From: a bacterium
GTDB taxonomy: Bacteria > UBA8248
NCBI GenBank assembly: GCA_965199855.1
Contig: OZ241326.1
Span: 608,001 to 672,000, forward strand
DNA: 64,000 nt
Reading direction: 5' to 3'
Shown here piece after piece: positions 38,580-47,168 of this stretch. Position 1 is the stretch's first letter; every line of letters starts with the position of its first letter. The notes under the pieces were generated by a model. It made no database searches, was not told where the DNA came from, and saw only the letters and a program-made list of their open reading frames with translations. A program made the position numbers and the translations under genes.

Positions 38580-39772
38580 CACCGATTTCCCCCGATCTCT
38601 CCGCTTGTCCATAGCTCCCCGAGCCGATATTTTTCCAGCCAGGGTTTGAGTTCCTCCGCGTCGAGGCGGCGAAGCCGCGTCGCCCCGTCGGATTTCTCGC
38701 ACACGATTACGGCTTCCGGGACGTCCGTGAGCGCGTCCACGAGAATGTCGGAGTGCGTCGTGACGAAGAGCTGGCTGCGCGAGGACGCCTCGACCAGGAG
38801 TTTCGCCACCTCCGGAATCACGTCCGGGTGCAGGCCGGTCTCCGGCTCCTCGATGCAGATAACCGGCGGCGGGTCCGGATGGCAGAGCACGGCGAGCAGG
38901 CAGAGATAGCGCAAACTCCCGTCGGAGAGCCGCGTGGCGGGCACGGGATGCTGAAGGCCCTCTTCGTGGAAGAACGTTTGGACTGCGCCGTTATTTATGT
39001 TGGGGACGATATCTTCGACCGACGGGTAGAAATCCCTTATCCGGTCCAGCATCCGGCGTTTTACGGGGGGGCGGTTTCTCAAATCGCTTAGCACCAAACC
39101 GAGATTCGAAGCGTCCTCCAGAAGGTAATGCTGTATGGAATCGACCGCTGCGGATAGACGGGGCGGCTTGTCGCGCTTGAAACTCCATTCGCGATAGAAA
39201 CGGATGCGCTCGAATTGCTCGACCAGGTAGGTCAGCGCCGGATAGGAGTCGGGGTCTCGCCTCTGCGACAGAATCGACTGATCCGGAATCATTTCTTCTC
39301 GCTTCAAACCGCGCTCGCGTTCGCCCCCATCTTCATAGAAAACATTGAGCACCGGGTAACCTTCTTTATAGTCGTAATAAAGGTATGGCGTATCATTGTC
39401 CTGGTATGGCTTCTCGTTCTCTATCGCTTCGTCCTTGAGCGTGAAGCGCGAGCCGGTTTCCGTGAATGACAAGCGGTATCTGAGCGGTTGAGGTCCCTTC
39501 GGATATTCAACGGTGACGTCCACAGTCGCCGTGTTGAGGCCGGAAGCTCCCTTCCAAAACCAATCTCGGACGCCGCCACCTTTTTGAATCGGCTCTTGAA
39601 TGCTTCCGGGCGCGGCCGCCAGAAGCGACAGCACTTCGATCAGGTTGGATTTCCCGGAAGCGTTCGGCCCGATGAGGACGTTCAGCGGCTCAAGAGGAAA
39701 TTCATCGTCCCAGGAGTCGTAGGAGAGAATGTTGTCCAGACGGATCGTTCGGATAAACCTCTTTCCTTCCAT
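38576..39772 (-). CDS. AAA_21 / ABC-type ATPase (SMC/OLD/AbiEii-like)
   Basis: LNVLIGPNASGKSN, LSDGS, IEEPETGLHP, VTTHS. Lower GC than the flanks. Confidence 0.9.
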   Translation of the reverse strand: MEGKRFIRTIRLDNILSYDSWDDEFPLEPLNVLIGPNASGKSNLIEVLSLLAAAPGSIQEPIQKGGGVRDWFWKGASGLNTATVDVTVEYPKGPQPLRYRLSFTETGSRFTLKDEAIENEKPYQDNDTPYLYYDYKEGYPVLNVFYEDGGERERGLKREEMIPDQSILSQRRDPDSYPALTYLVEQFERIRFYREWSFKRDKPPRLSAAVDSIQHYLLEDASNLGLVLSDLRNRPPVKRRMLDRIRDFYPSVEDIVPNINNGAVQTFFHEEGLQHPVPATRLSDGSLRYLCLLAVLCHPDPPPVICIEEPETGLHPDVIPEVAKLLVEASSRSQLFVTTHSDILVDALTDVPEAVIVCEKSDGATRLRRLDAEELKPWLEKYRLGELWTSGEIGGNRW

Positions 39773-39888
39773 CCCCCGATCTCCTCTCGCCGCTAATGGC
39801 GAATGGCTCCAATCTATCAGCCGTTCGCTCGAATTTGTCGAGTCGTTCGTTCATCAGCGCCCGGGCGTCGGGACGCCGGCCCCCCCCT

Positions 39889-40338
39889 CTACCCCCGCTT
39901 GGCGAAGAACTCCCGGAACCTGTCGGCGAGGGGGGCGGCGCGCCAGTCGAAGCCGGTGGCGTCCGCCGCCCGCTCCATCTCCTCCGCCGTCCAGCCGCCC
40001 TCCTCCGCCAGGTGATGCAGCGAGCAAATCCCGGCCCGCCCCGTCGCCTTTCAGTGGACGAAGGCGGGCCCTTGGGCCTTCGCCTCGCGCAGCGCGCGAC
40101 TCACCTCGGCGAGGGAGTCCGGGCTGAACTCGACCGGCGAGACGGGGACGTTGACGTAGCGCATCCCCAGCCGCTCGGCCTCGGCGCTTGCGCGTTCGGG
40201 GGGAAGCGCGCCCTGATCCTCGTCGGGGAAGCGCGTGTTGATGATGGTCCTGACGCCTCTGGCGGCGAGGGCCTCGAGATCGCCGGGGGCGGGCTGCGAG
40301 CCGAAGGCGACATCCTCCGAAGCGTGGAAATAGTCCAT
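39889..40338 (-). CDS. Selenoprotein: DUF442/PTP-like (rhodanese-phosphatase fold) sulfurtransferase or phosphatase with Sec at the catalytic site
   Basis: GSQP..L..GVRTIINTR..E N-terminus. Reads VH-TGA-KATGR (HCxxxxR equivalent) at 40053-40051, continues 53 codons in frame to TAG at 39891-39889, and has a SECIS-like hairpin. Confidence 0.85.
40011..40048 (-). promoter_or_regulatory. Putative bacterial SECIS element of the DUF442-like gene
   Basis: Upper stem GCGGGC/GCUCGC begins 11 nt after UGA, loop CGGGAUUU, imperfect lower stem. Confidence 0.65.
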
Positions 40339-40409
40339 GAGAAGCTCCATGCGAAAGCGGGCGCGCCGCCGTCGGCGCGCTTCCCGAAAGAGGAGAGCCG
40401 GCGGCGCGG

Positions 40410-40970
40410 CTAGCCGTTCGCCGCGCCCTCGACGCTGAACGGCTCGCCGTTCACCTCGACGGTGGACTTGAGGGGCACCGGCTCCGTGATGAGGCTCTCG
40501 GCGAAGCAGCCGTTCCTGGCGTTCTTGATCAGGCGGGCGAGCCTCTCGGCGGGCTCGTCCGACTCCACCCGCAGGTGGGTGTCCACGGCCTCCCACTTGT
40601 TGAACACCGTGCCCTTCAGGACGGAGCCGCCCAGGGTCTTGCGGAACCGGACGGAGACGCTCGCCCCCTTGATGGTCATCTTCATCATGTGCGCGTACCG
40701 CGACACCTGGGTGAGCAGTCAGAAGCCCGTCGCCATCGCCAGATAGGCCATCGGCGTGGGGTAGCGCCCCGTTCCGCCTATCTGCGCCCCCTCGTCGCAG
40801 AAAATCTCGTGCTCGCCGGCCACGCCGCGCTTGAGCTGGAGCGAGCCCTCGACCATCTCGACGCGGACGGTGCTGTCCGTGTAGAGGCCCCGGGCGGGGA
40901 GCTCCGGCTTGTCGATGACGCGCTCGCCGGGCGTCGTGGAGGTGCTGTGTCCGTCAATCGGCCCTTCCAT
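40410..40970 (-). CDS. Selenoprotein: OsmC/Ohr-like protein with Sec at the first catalytic Cys
   Basis: DEG..GG.G..PTPMAYLAMATGF-TGA-LLTQ (TGA at 40721-40719) joins two same-frame ORFs. Second Cys in NGCFAES. GAGGAGG RBS. Confidence 0.9.
40682..40718 (-). promoter_or_regulatory. Putative bacterial SECIS element of the OsmC-like gene
   Basis: GUG-(bulged U)-CGC-GGUAC-GCG-CAC stem begins 12 nt after UGA. The bulged U and GU in the loop resemble the E. coli fdhF SECIS. Confidence 0.75.
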
Positions 40971-41204
40971 GAATATCCTCCTCTCGTGGATGCGCGGTTC
41001 GGTGGTTTCCCCTTGCGCGGACAGGATAGGGCAAACGCGGGCGCGGGCATAGCTCCCGGCTCCCCGGGGCGGGAGGGGCGATTGCGGCGCCGCGGCAGGC
41101 CTGCTAAACAGAAGGCCCGCCGGTCGAATGGCGCACCCGCCTTTGGCGCGCGCAGGGAGCGGGGCGAACGCCCGCCTTTCCTTTTTTCGGGAGGAGACAC
41201 CGAC

Positions 41205-41603
41205 ATGTTCAACAAGGTGCATCACATCGGGGTCGCCGTCCGCGACATGGACGCCGCCATCGCCCTCTATGCGGGCATGGGCGCGAAACTGCTCGCGCGC
41301 GAGACCTCCGCCGACGGCTCGACCGATCTGGCCATGCTCGATCTGGGCGGCGACCTCATCGAACCCATCTCGCCGCTCAGGGAGGGGACGAATCTCGCCC
41401 GGTTCATCGAGACGCGCGGCGAGGGCCTCCACCACGTGGCCTTCGACGTGAAGAACATCGACGGGGTTCTCGCGGACATGAAGGCGCGGGGCTTCGAGCT
41501 CATCGACGAGAAGTCGAGGCGCGGCTTCGGCGGGCACCTCATCGCCTTCATCCAGCCCGGGAGCTCGATGGGGACGCTCTGGGAGCTGGTGGAGGACGTC
41601 TAG
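41205..41603 (+). CDS. mce: Methylmalonyl-CoA epimerase (VOC family)
   Basis: HHIGVAV, RGEGLHHVAF, LIDEKSRRG, IAFI.P...GTLWEL. Confidence 0.82.
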   Translation: MFNKVHHIGVAVRDMDAAIALYAGMGAKLLARETSADGSTDLAMLDLGGDLIEPISPLREGTNLARFIETRGEGLHHVAFDVKNIDGVLADMKARGFELIDEKSRRGFGGHLIAFIQPGSSMGTLWELVEDV

Positions 41604-41904
41604 GCGCCTTCTCCCGCCCCGAGCGCGGCCGCGTCTTCCGTCAGAAGACAGCAGTTGGAGACGCTTGCCCGCGCGCGCTGATTCGCCCGTCCGGAGGGAG
41701 CGCGCTCCGGAGGGCGTATGCCTTTCCCTCCGCCGGTTCCACGGCTTCGAGCGCGGCATGAGTCTCCCAAGCTCCTTTCCTCGCCCGGAAAGCCTCGTTA
41801 TAGCCTCGTTCGGCGCGAAATGGCGACTTCCTCCTTCCCGGGCGAAGGGGATTCGCCGCTTCCCCCCTTCCCAAAGGCGGCGGGTCGGGGTAGGATTCAG
41901 CGGG

Positions 41905-42040
41905 AGCCTGCGAAGGATTCGACCGGCCGGGTCTCGCGCGGCGGGAGCCCGCGAACCCCGTCAGGTCCGGAAGGAAGCAGCGGCAAGCGGACGCTCCCGG
42001 GCGCCGCGAGGTCGCCTGGCCGGTCGGCTCCTTCGCGGGC
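41905..42040 (+). ncRNA. ffs: Signal recognition particle RNA
   Basis: Conserved GTCAGGTCCGGAAGGAAGCAGC core inside a long hairpin. Located directly upstream of dnaX. Confidence 0.95.
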
Positions 42041-42116
42041 GCGAGTCCGTTTTTCGCATCATGGCGGCCTTGTCGGCGATCAGGCGTCTCCGCCAATCGC
42101 CAGGGATGGGTTCTCG

Positions 42117-43841
42117 ATGGCCTTCGTCGGCAGCGCGAGAAAGTGGCGCCCGCAGCGCTTCGCGGATCTCATCGGCCAAGAGCACGTCAGCCGCACGCTC
42201 ACGAACGCCCTCGCCTCGGGGCGCGTCGCGCCCGCCTATCTGTTCAGCGGAACGCGCGGGGTGGGCAAGACGACCACCGCGCGCATTCTCGCCAAGGCGC
42301 TCAACTGCGAATCGGGCGAGGGGCCCCTTCCCGAGCCTTGCGACCGGTGCGCCTCGTGCGGGGAGATCGCCGGGGGGTCGCACCCCGACGTTCTCGAAAT
42401 CGACGCCGCCGCCTACACCGGCGTGGACAACGTGCGCGAGCTGCGCGAAGGGCTTCGCTACCATCCCGCGCGCGGACGCTGCAAGACGGTGATCTTCGAC
42501 GAAGTCCACATGCTCTCCCGAAGCTCCTTCAACGCCCTGCTCAAGATACTCGAGGAGCCCCCGCCCCACGTCGTCTTCATCATGGCGACCACGGAGCTCA
42601 AGGGGGTTCCCGACACGATTCTCAGCCGCTGCCAGGTGTTCGAGTTCAGGCGAATCGCCTCCTCCGTCATCGCGGCGCATCTCGCCAGGATCGCGGAGGA
42701 GCAGGGCAGGAAGATGGACGAGGCGGCCGTGAAGCTGCTCGCGCGCATGGGCGAGGGCAGCATCCGCGACGCGCAGTCCCTGCTTGATCAGGCGCTGGCC
42801 TTTTCCGCCGAGGATCCGGTGTCGGCGCAGGAGGTGGAAAAGGTGCTCGGCGTTCCGGCCGGAAGCGTCTATAAGGTGCTCGTCGAGGCGGTGATCGCGC
42901 GCGACGGCGGGAGCGCGCTCGCGGAGCTCAAGGCCGTCTTCGACGCGGGCCACGACCTCAGACTCTTCTCCTCGAACCTGCTGGAGTATCTGCGCGACTG
43001 CATGGTTCTCCTCTCGGCGGGAGACGACGAGGCGCTCTTCGACGTCGCGGCGTCGGAGATCGAGGAGCGCAAGGGCGTGGCCGGCGCGATGGACTTCGCC
43101 CAGGCGCATCAGGCGTATTCCATCCTCCAGGGGGCGGAAGCCGAACTCAGAGCCTCGGATCACCCCCAGATGACGCTCGAGGTCGCCCTCCTGCGGATGT
43201 GCCAGATCGAGCCTCTGGCGGATCTGGACGCCCTGATGGAGAGGATCGAGGGCATGGGCGCGGGCGCTCCGCCCCCGGCGTCCCCGCCGCGCCGCGCGGC
43301 TTCCTCCGCCGCGCCCGCCCGGGCTTCCGGGGAAGCCCCGGGAGAGGCCGCCGCTCCCGCGCCGCCGCCTTCCCCGTCCGGGCGAACTCCTGAAGATTCG
43401 CCCGCCTCGGAGGTCGGGGCGGAGGCGTGGGACTCCGAAGCGGCGCGCCGGGTATGGGCGGACGCGGTGGAGTCCCTGCGCCCGACGCGCCGCGCGCTTT
43501 TTCGGGGCGCCGCGCTCGACCTGGAGACCGAGGGGCTCATCCGCCTCGCCCTCGCCCGCGAGAACGCGAACGCGCAGGGCCTGCATCTGGCGGAGGAGTC
43601 CCTGCCCGCGCTCGAGGCGTTCTTCAGGGAGCATTCTCCCTGGCGCGCCAGGGTCGAGCTGGCGGGGGAGGAGAACGGCGCGCGCCCGGCGGCCGGGGAA
43701 GAGGCGGCGCAGGGCGCGAAGGGGCGCGGCGGGGCGGCGAACGAGGGCGAGGACGCCGTGATTCAGGAGGTGGTCGATCTGTTCAACGGACAGATCATCG
43801 ACATCCGCCCCCTGCGGACGCGAAAATCCAATGGAGCTTGA
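42117..43841 (+). CDS. dnaX: DNA polymerase III subunit gamma/tau
   Basis: ARKWRPQ, GTRGVGKTT, zinc Cys cluster, DEVHML, LLKILEEPP, SRC. Confidence 0.97.
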   Translation: MAFVGSARKWRPQRFADLIGQEHVSRTLTNALASGRVAPAYLFSGTRGVGKTTTARILAKALNCESGEGPLPEPCDRCASCGEIAGGSHPDVLEIDAAAYTGVDNVRELREGLRYHPARGRCKTVIFDEVHMLSRSSFNALLKILEEPPPHVVFIMATTELKGVPDTILSRCQVFEFRRIASSVIAAHLARIAEEQGRKMDEAAVKLLARMGEGSIRDAQSLLDQALAFSAEDPVSAQEVEKVLGVPAGSVYKVLVEAVIARDGGSALAELKAVFDAGHDLRLFSSNLLEYLRDCMVLLSAGDDEALFDVAASEIEERKGVAGAMDFAQAHQAYSILQGAEAELRASDHPQMTLEVALLRMCQIEPLADLDALMERIEGMGAGAPPPASPPRRAASSAAPARASGEAPGEAAAPAPPPSPSGRTPEDSPASEVGAEAWDSEAARRVWADAVESLRPTRRALFRGAALDLETEGLIRLALARENANAQGLHLAEESLPALEAFFREHSPWRARVELAGEENGARPAAGEEAAQGAKGRGGAANEGEDAVIQEVVDLFNGQIIDIRPLRTRKSNGA

Positions 43842-43910
43842 GGCCGCGCGGGCGGCGGAGGGGCGCGGCGCCCATCGGACGCCGGCCGGAACCATCTCGG
43901 GGAGGTTTTC

Positions 43911-44228
43911 ATGTTGAAGGGCGGCATCGGCAATCTGATGAAGCAGGCGCGCCAGATGCAGGACAAGATGGCGCAGCTCCAGGAGGAGATGGCGGGCCGG
44001 ACGGTGGAGGCGTCGGCGGGCGGCGGCATGGTGCGGGTGGTCGCCAACGGCGCGGGCGAGGTGCTGTCGGTGAAGATAGACCCGCAGGCGGTGGACCCGG
44101 ACGACGTGGAAATGCTCGAGGATCTGGTTCGCGCCGCGTGCAACGAGGCGTCCCGGAAGGGGCGCGACATGATGTCCGAGCAGATGAAGAAGCTCACCGG
44201 CGGCCTGCCGATTCCCGGCCTGTTCTGA
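43911..44228 (+). CDS. ybaB: Nucleoid-associated protein YbaB/EbfC
   Basis: MKQARQMQ, AGGGMV, EMLEDL. Lies between dnaX and recR. Confidence 0.95.
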   Translation: MLKGGIGNLMKQARQMQDKMAQLQEEMAGRTVEASAGGGMVRVVANGAGEVLSVKIDPQAVDPDDVEMLEDLVRAACNEASRKGRDMMSEQMKKLTGGLPIPGLF

Positions 44229-44298
44229 GCGGGGGCGGCGCGCCGCTCTCGTCCTCTTTTGACGGCGGCCGCGTTCCGGAGCGCGGCGAGGGAGCGTC

Positions 44299-44907
44299 AT
44301 GCAGCTCAGCCGGTTTCCCGCCATCGAGGCGTGCGTCGAGGCGTTTCGCCGCCTGCCGGGGGTGGGGCCCAAAAGCGCGCAGCGCATCGTCTTTCACCTG
44401 CTGGGCAAGGACCCGGAAGCCGCGGGCGCAATCGCCGCCGCGTGCGGGCGCCTGCGCGAGGAGGTGGGGTTCTGCGCCACCTGCTCCATGCTCGTGGAGG
44501 GCGAGGCCGGCGGAGAGGACTGCGCCGTCTGCGGCGCGCGCGATCCCGGCGTCATCTGCGTGGTGGAGGAGCCCGCCGACGTTTTCGCCATCGAGCGCGC
44601 GGGAGGCGTGAAGGGCCGCTACCACGTGCTGATGGGCGTCATATCGCCCCTGGACGGCGTGGAGCCCGAGGACCTCGCCATCCCGCAGCTGATCGAGCGC
44701 GTGAAGCGCGAGGAGGTGCGGGAGGTGATTCTCGCCCTCAACCCCAACTTGGCGGGCGAGGGCACCTCGCTCTATCTCGCGGAGGTTCTCAAGCCGCTCG
44801 GGGCGCGCGTGACCCAGCTGGCGCACGGCCTGCCGATGGGCAGCCACCTCGAATACGCGGACGAGATGACGCTCACCCGCTCCCTGGAGGGACGCCGCGA
44901 GATGTAG
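44299..44907 (+). CDS. recR: Recombination protein RecR
   Basis: LPGVGPKSAQR, C4 zinc finger, ICVVEE, YHVL.G, LEYADE. Confidence 0.96.
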   Translation: MQLSRFPAIEACVEAFRRLPGVGPKSAQRIVFHLLGKDPEAAGAIAAACGRLREEVGFCATCSMLVEGEAGGEDCAVCGARDPGVICVVEEPADVFAIERAGGVKGRYHVLMGVISPLDGVEPEDLAIPQLIERVKREEVREVILALNPNLAGEGTSLYLAEVLKPLGARVTQLAHGLPMGSHLEYADEMTLTRSLEGRREM

Positions 44908-44931
44908 CACAGGCGCGCTCCCGCTTGGGCG

Positions 44932-45765
44932 TCATCGGGGCTGAAGCCGTATGGAGATGATCCGCACCTCCTTCTCGGGCGCCCCGCCCGCCCCGACGGG
45001 CGTCTCTCCGATTCTCTCGACCACCTCCATGCCGCGCGCCACCCTCCCGAATACGGTGTGCTTGCCGGCGAGCCAGGGCGTATCCGCCAGGTTGATGAAG
45101 AACTGCGAGCCGTTCGTGTCCGGCCCCGCGTTCGCCATCGCCAGCGCGCCCTTCACCGGCGGGCGCGAGGGGAGCGTCGGGCTGAAGCGGTAGCCCATGT
45201 TCTCGTAGGCCTCCTTCAGGGTGATGCCGTTCAGGCGCGCCCGCACCTCCCCTTCGCGCGCGTCCAGGTCCGCCTGGGAGCGAATCCCCATGCCGCGGAG
45301 CAGGGGCGCCAGCAGGACGCGCCGGAAGTCGCTCTGGCTTCGCACACCGAGGAAGGGGTGGGGGCGGCCCTCCTCGAGCGCCTTCATCCCGCGCAGCCCC
45401 AGGGCGTCCGCGTTGATCTCGTCCTCGAAGCGGTAGCCGGGGCCGCCCGTGCCGTCGCCCTTCGGGTCGCCTCCCTGAATCATGAAGCCCTTGATGACGC
45501 GGTGGAACGTCAGCCCGTCGTAGAAGGGGCGCTTCGCCTCCGCGCCCGTCCGGGGGTCGGTGAAGGGGCGCGTCCCCGCCGCCAGCGCCAGGAAGTTCTT
45601 CACCGTTCTGGGCGCGGCCTCGGGGAAGAGTTCGAGGAGGACGTCCCCGAAGTTCGTCTTCATCAGGAGGAGGGGGTTTCCGGGCTTCCCGCGCTTCGTC
45701 TCCTGGGCGGGGCAGGGCGAGGCGGCGAGGAGCAGGAGGGCGAGGGCGAGTGCGGCTTTTCTCAT
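44932..45765 (-). CDS. Exported cyclophilin-type peptidyl-prolyl isomerase with an internal insertion
   Basis: Signal peptide, FYDGLTFHRVIKGFMIQGGDP, AMANAGPDTNGSQFFI, KHTVFG. Confidence 0.92.
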   Translation of the reverse strand: MRKAALALALLLLAASPCPAQETKRGKPGNPLLLMKTNFGDVLLELFPEAAPRTVKNFLALAAGTRPFTDPRTGAEAKRPFYDGLTFHRVIKGFMIQGGDPKGDGTGGPGYRFEDEINADALGLRGMKALEEGRPHPFLGVRSQSDFRRVLLAPLLRGMGIRSQADLDAREGEVRARLNGITLKEAYENMGYRFSPTLPSRPPVKGALAMANAGPDTNGSQFFINLADTPWLAGKHTVFGRVARGMEVVERIGETPVGAGGAPEKEVRIISIRLQPR

Positions 45766-45834
45766 CGGTTTCTCCGGGAGCTGCGTGAGGGGGAGCGTTC
45801 GTCCCGGCGCGCGGCCGGGCGGCCGGCGCGGGCG

Positions 45835-46335
45835 TCAGGGCGTCCGGCCGAAGCGCGCGGCGAGCGCCTCTTCCCGGTAGGCGAAGATGCGCTCCAGCCG
45901 CGGGCGGACGAGGAGGGCGTTCGCCGCCGTCGAGAGCGGCCCCAGCGGCAGCATGTAGTGAACGAGGTCGCGCGCCTCGACCCCGCCCTCCACCTCGCGG
46001 AAATCGTGCCGGTGATGCCAGAAGCGGTAGGGGCCGAAGCGCTGCTCGTCCACGAAGAAGCGCCCCTCCTCCACGTGGGTGATCTCGGTCACCCAGCGAA
46101 TCGGAATCCCCAGGAGGGGACGCACGCGGTAGCGGATGATCATCCCCGCGCGCATCCGCGCGGGCAGCTCGTTCTCCACGGCGAGGCCCAGCTCCGGCGG
46201 GGTGATCTCCGCGAGATTGCGCGGATTCGAGAAGAAGTCCCAGGCGGCGTCCATGGACGCGGGCAGCCGCTGCGCCGCCTCCAGGCGGAAGAAATTGCCC
46301 CCCGCCCCCTTCGCGCTCCCCCCGTCTCCGCTCAA
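45835..46335 (-). CDS. SRPBCC family protein
   Basis: AWDFFSNPRNL..ITP, WVTEI, FVDEQRFGPY..WHHRH, IFAYR. TTG start inferred from a GGAGAGG RBS. Confidence 0.85.
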   Translation of the reverse strand: MSGDGGSAKGAGGNFFRLEAAQRLPASMDAAWDFFSNPRNLAEITPPELGLAVENELPARMRAGMIIRYRVRPLLGIPIRWVTEITHVEEGRFFVDEQRFGPYRFWHHRHDFREVEGGVEARDLVHYMLPLGPLSTAANALLVRPRLERIFAYREEALAARFGRTP

Positions 46336-46392
46336 GGCTTCCTCTCCGATGCGGGCTTGCGGGGACGCGAGAAAAGCCCCCCGCGAATTTCC

Positions 46393-46421
46393 TTGCAACA
46401 TAGCATGTATCGCGCTATGCT
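46393..46421 (+). promoter_or_regulatory. higBA promoter with overlapping palindromic operator; probably leaderless
   Basis: TTGCAA-17-TATGCT. CATAGC/GCTATG inverted repeat spans the spacer and -10. ATG lies 6 nt after the -10. Confidence 0.6.
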
Positions 46422-46427
46422 TCCAGC

Positions 46428-46700
46428 ATGAGGATCGCCCACAAGGGACTGCGGCGGCTCTACGAGCGCGACGACGCCCGTCTGCTGAATCCCGAACACG
46501 TCGGGCGCATCCGCCGCGTTTTGTCCGATCTCGACTCCGCGCGCGGCCCCCGGGACCTGAACTGGCCCGGCTATCGCCTCCATCCGATGACGGGCGACAT
46601 GCGCGGCTTCTGGAGCGCGCGCGTCTCGGCCAACTGGCGAATCGTCTTTCGGTTCGCTGACGGCGAGGCCGCGGACGTGGACCTGATCGACTATCATTAG
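46428..46700 (+). CDS. higB: Type II TA toxin HigB (RelE/ParE family)
   Basis: HKGLRRLYE, PGYRLHP..G, WSARVSANWRIVFRF, DYH terminus. Confidence 0.92.
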   Translation: MRIAHKGLRRLYERDDARLLNPEHVGRIRRVLSDLDSARGPRDLNWPGYRLHPMTGDMRGFWSARVSANWRIVFRFADGEAADVDLIDYH

Positions 46701-46713
46701 GGAGGACGCCCCC

Positions 46714-46977
46714 ATGCCCATGGCCAACCCGACGCATCCCGGCGAGAGCGTCCGCGAGGCGCTCCGGGCCGCCGAATGGACGGTGACGGACGCCGCCAAG
46801 CGGCTCGGCGTGGCGCGGAACACCCTCTCGCGCCTCGTGAACGGCCGCATGGGCGTCTCGCCGGAGATGGCGCTGGCGCTGGAGCGCGTCGGCTGGAGCA
46901 ACGCCGAGTTCTGGATGCGCCGCCAGGCCGCCTACGATCTGGCGCAGGCGCGGCGCGCTCGGGGTTCGGCGGCTTAA
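46714..46977 (+). CDS. higA: HigA family antitoxin (HTH)
   Basis: HPGE, AAKRLGVARNTLSRLVNG, SPEMALAL, AEFWM..Q..YDL. Confidence 0.93.
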   Translation: MPMANPTHPGESVREALRAAEWTVTDAAKRLGVARNTLSRLVNGRMGVSPEMALALERVGWSNAEFWMRRQAAYDLAQARRARGSAA

Positions 46978-47048
46978 GGCGCGCGCCCGGCTCCCTCTCT
47001 TTTCAGCGTCGGGACGCGGGCGATGGCTCCGCTAGGCGGCCGCGCGGC

Positions 47049-47140
47049 TGGCGGAGAGAGAGGGATTCGAACCCTCGAGGCCGGTTTCCCGGCCTACTCG
47101 CTTAGCAGGCGAGCGCCTTCAGCCACTCGGCCATCTCTCC
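47049..47140 (-). tRNA. tRNA-Ser (anticodon GCT)
   Basis: Reverse complement shows CTCGC-CT-GCT-AA-GCGAG, a long variable arm, GGTTCGAATCC and CCA. Confidence 0.97.
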
Positions 47141-47168
47141 CGGCGGTCGCGCGCGGCGGACGCTTCCC

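Noticed and set aside
42117-43841. Programmed frameshift in dnaX producing gamma
   Set aside because: No A AAA AAG slippery site or poly-A run was seen in the linker region.
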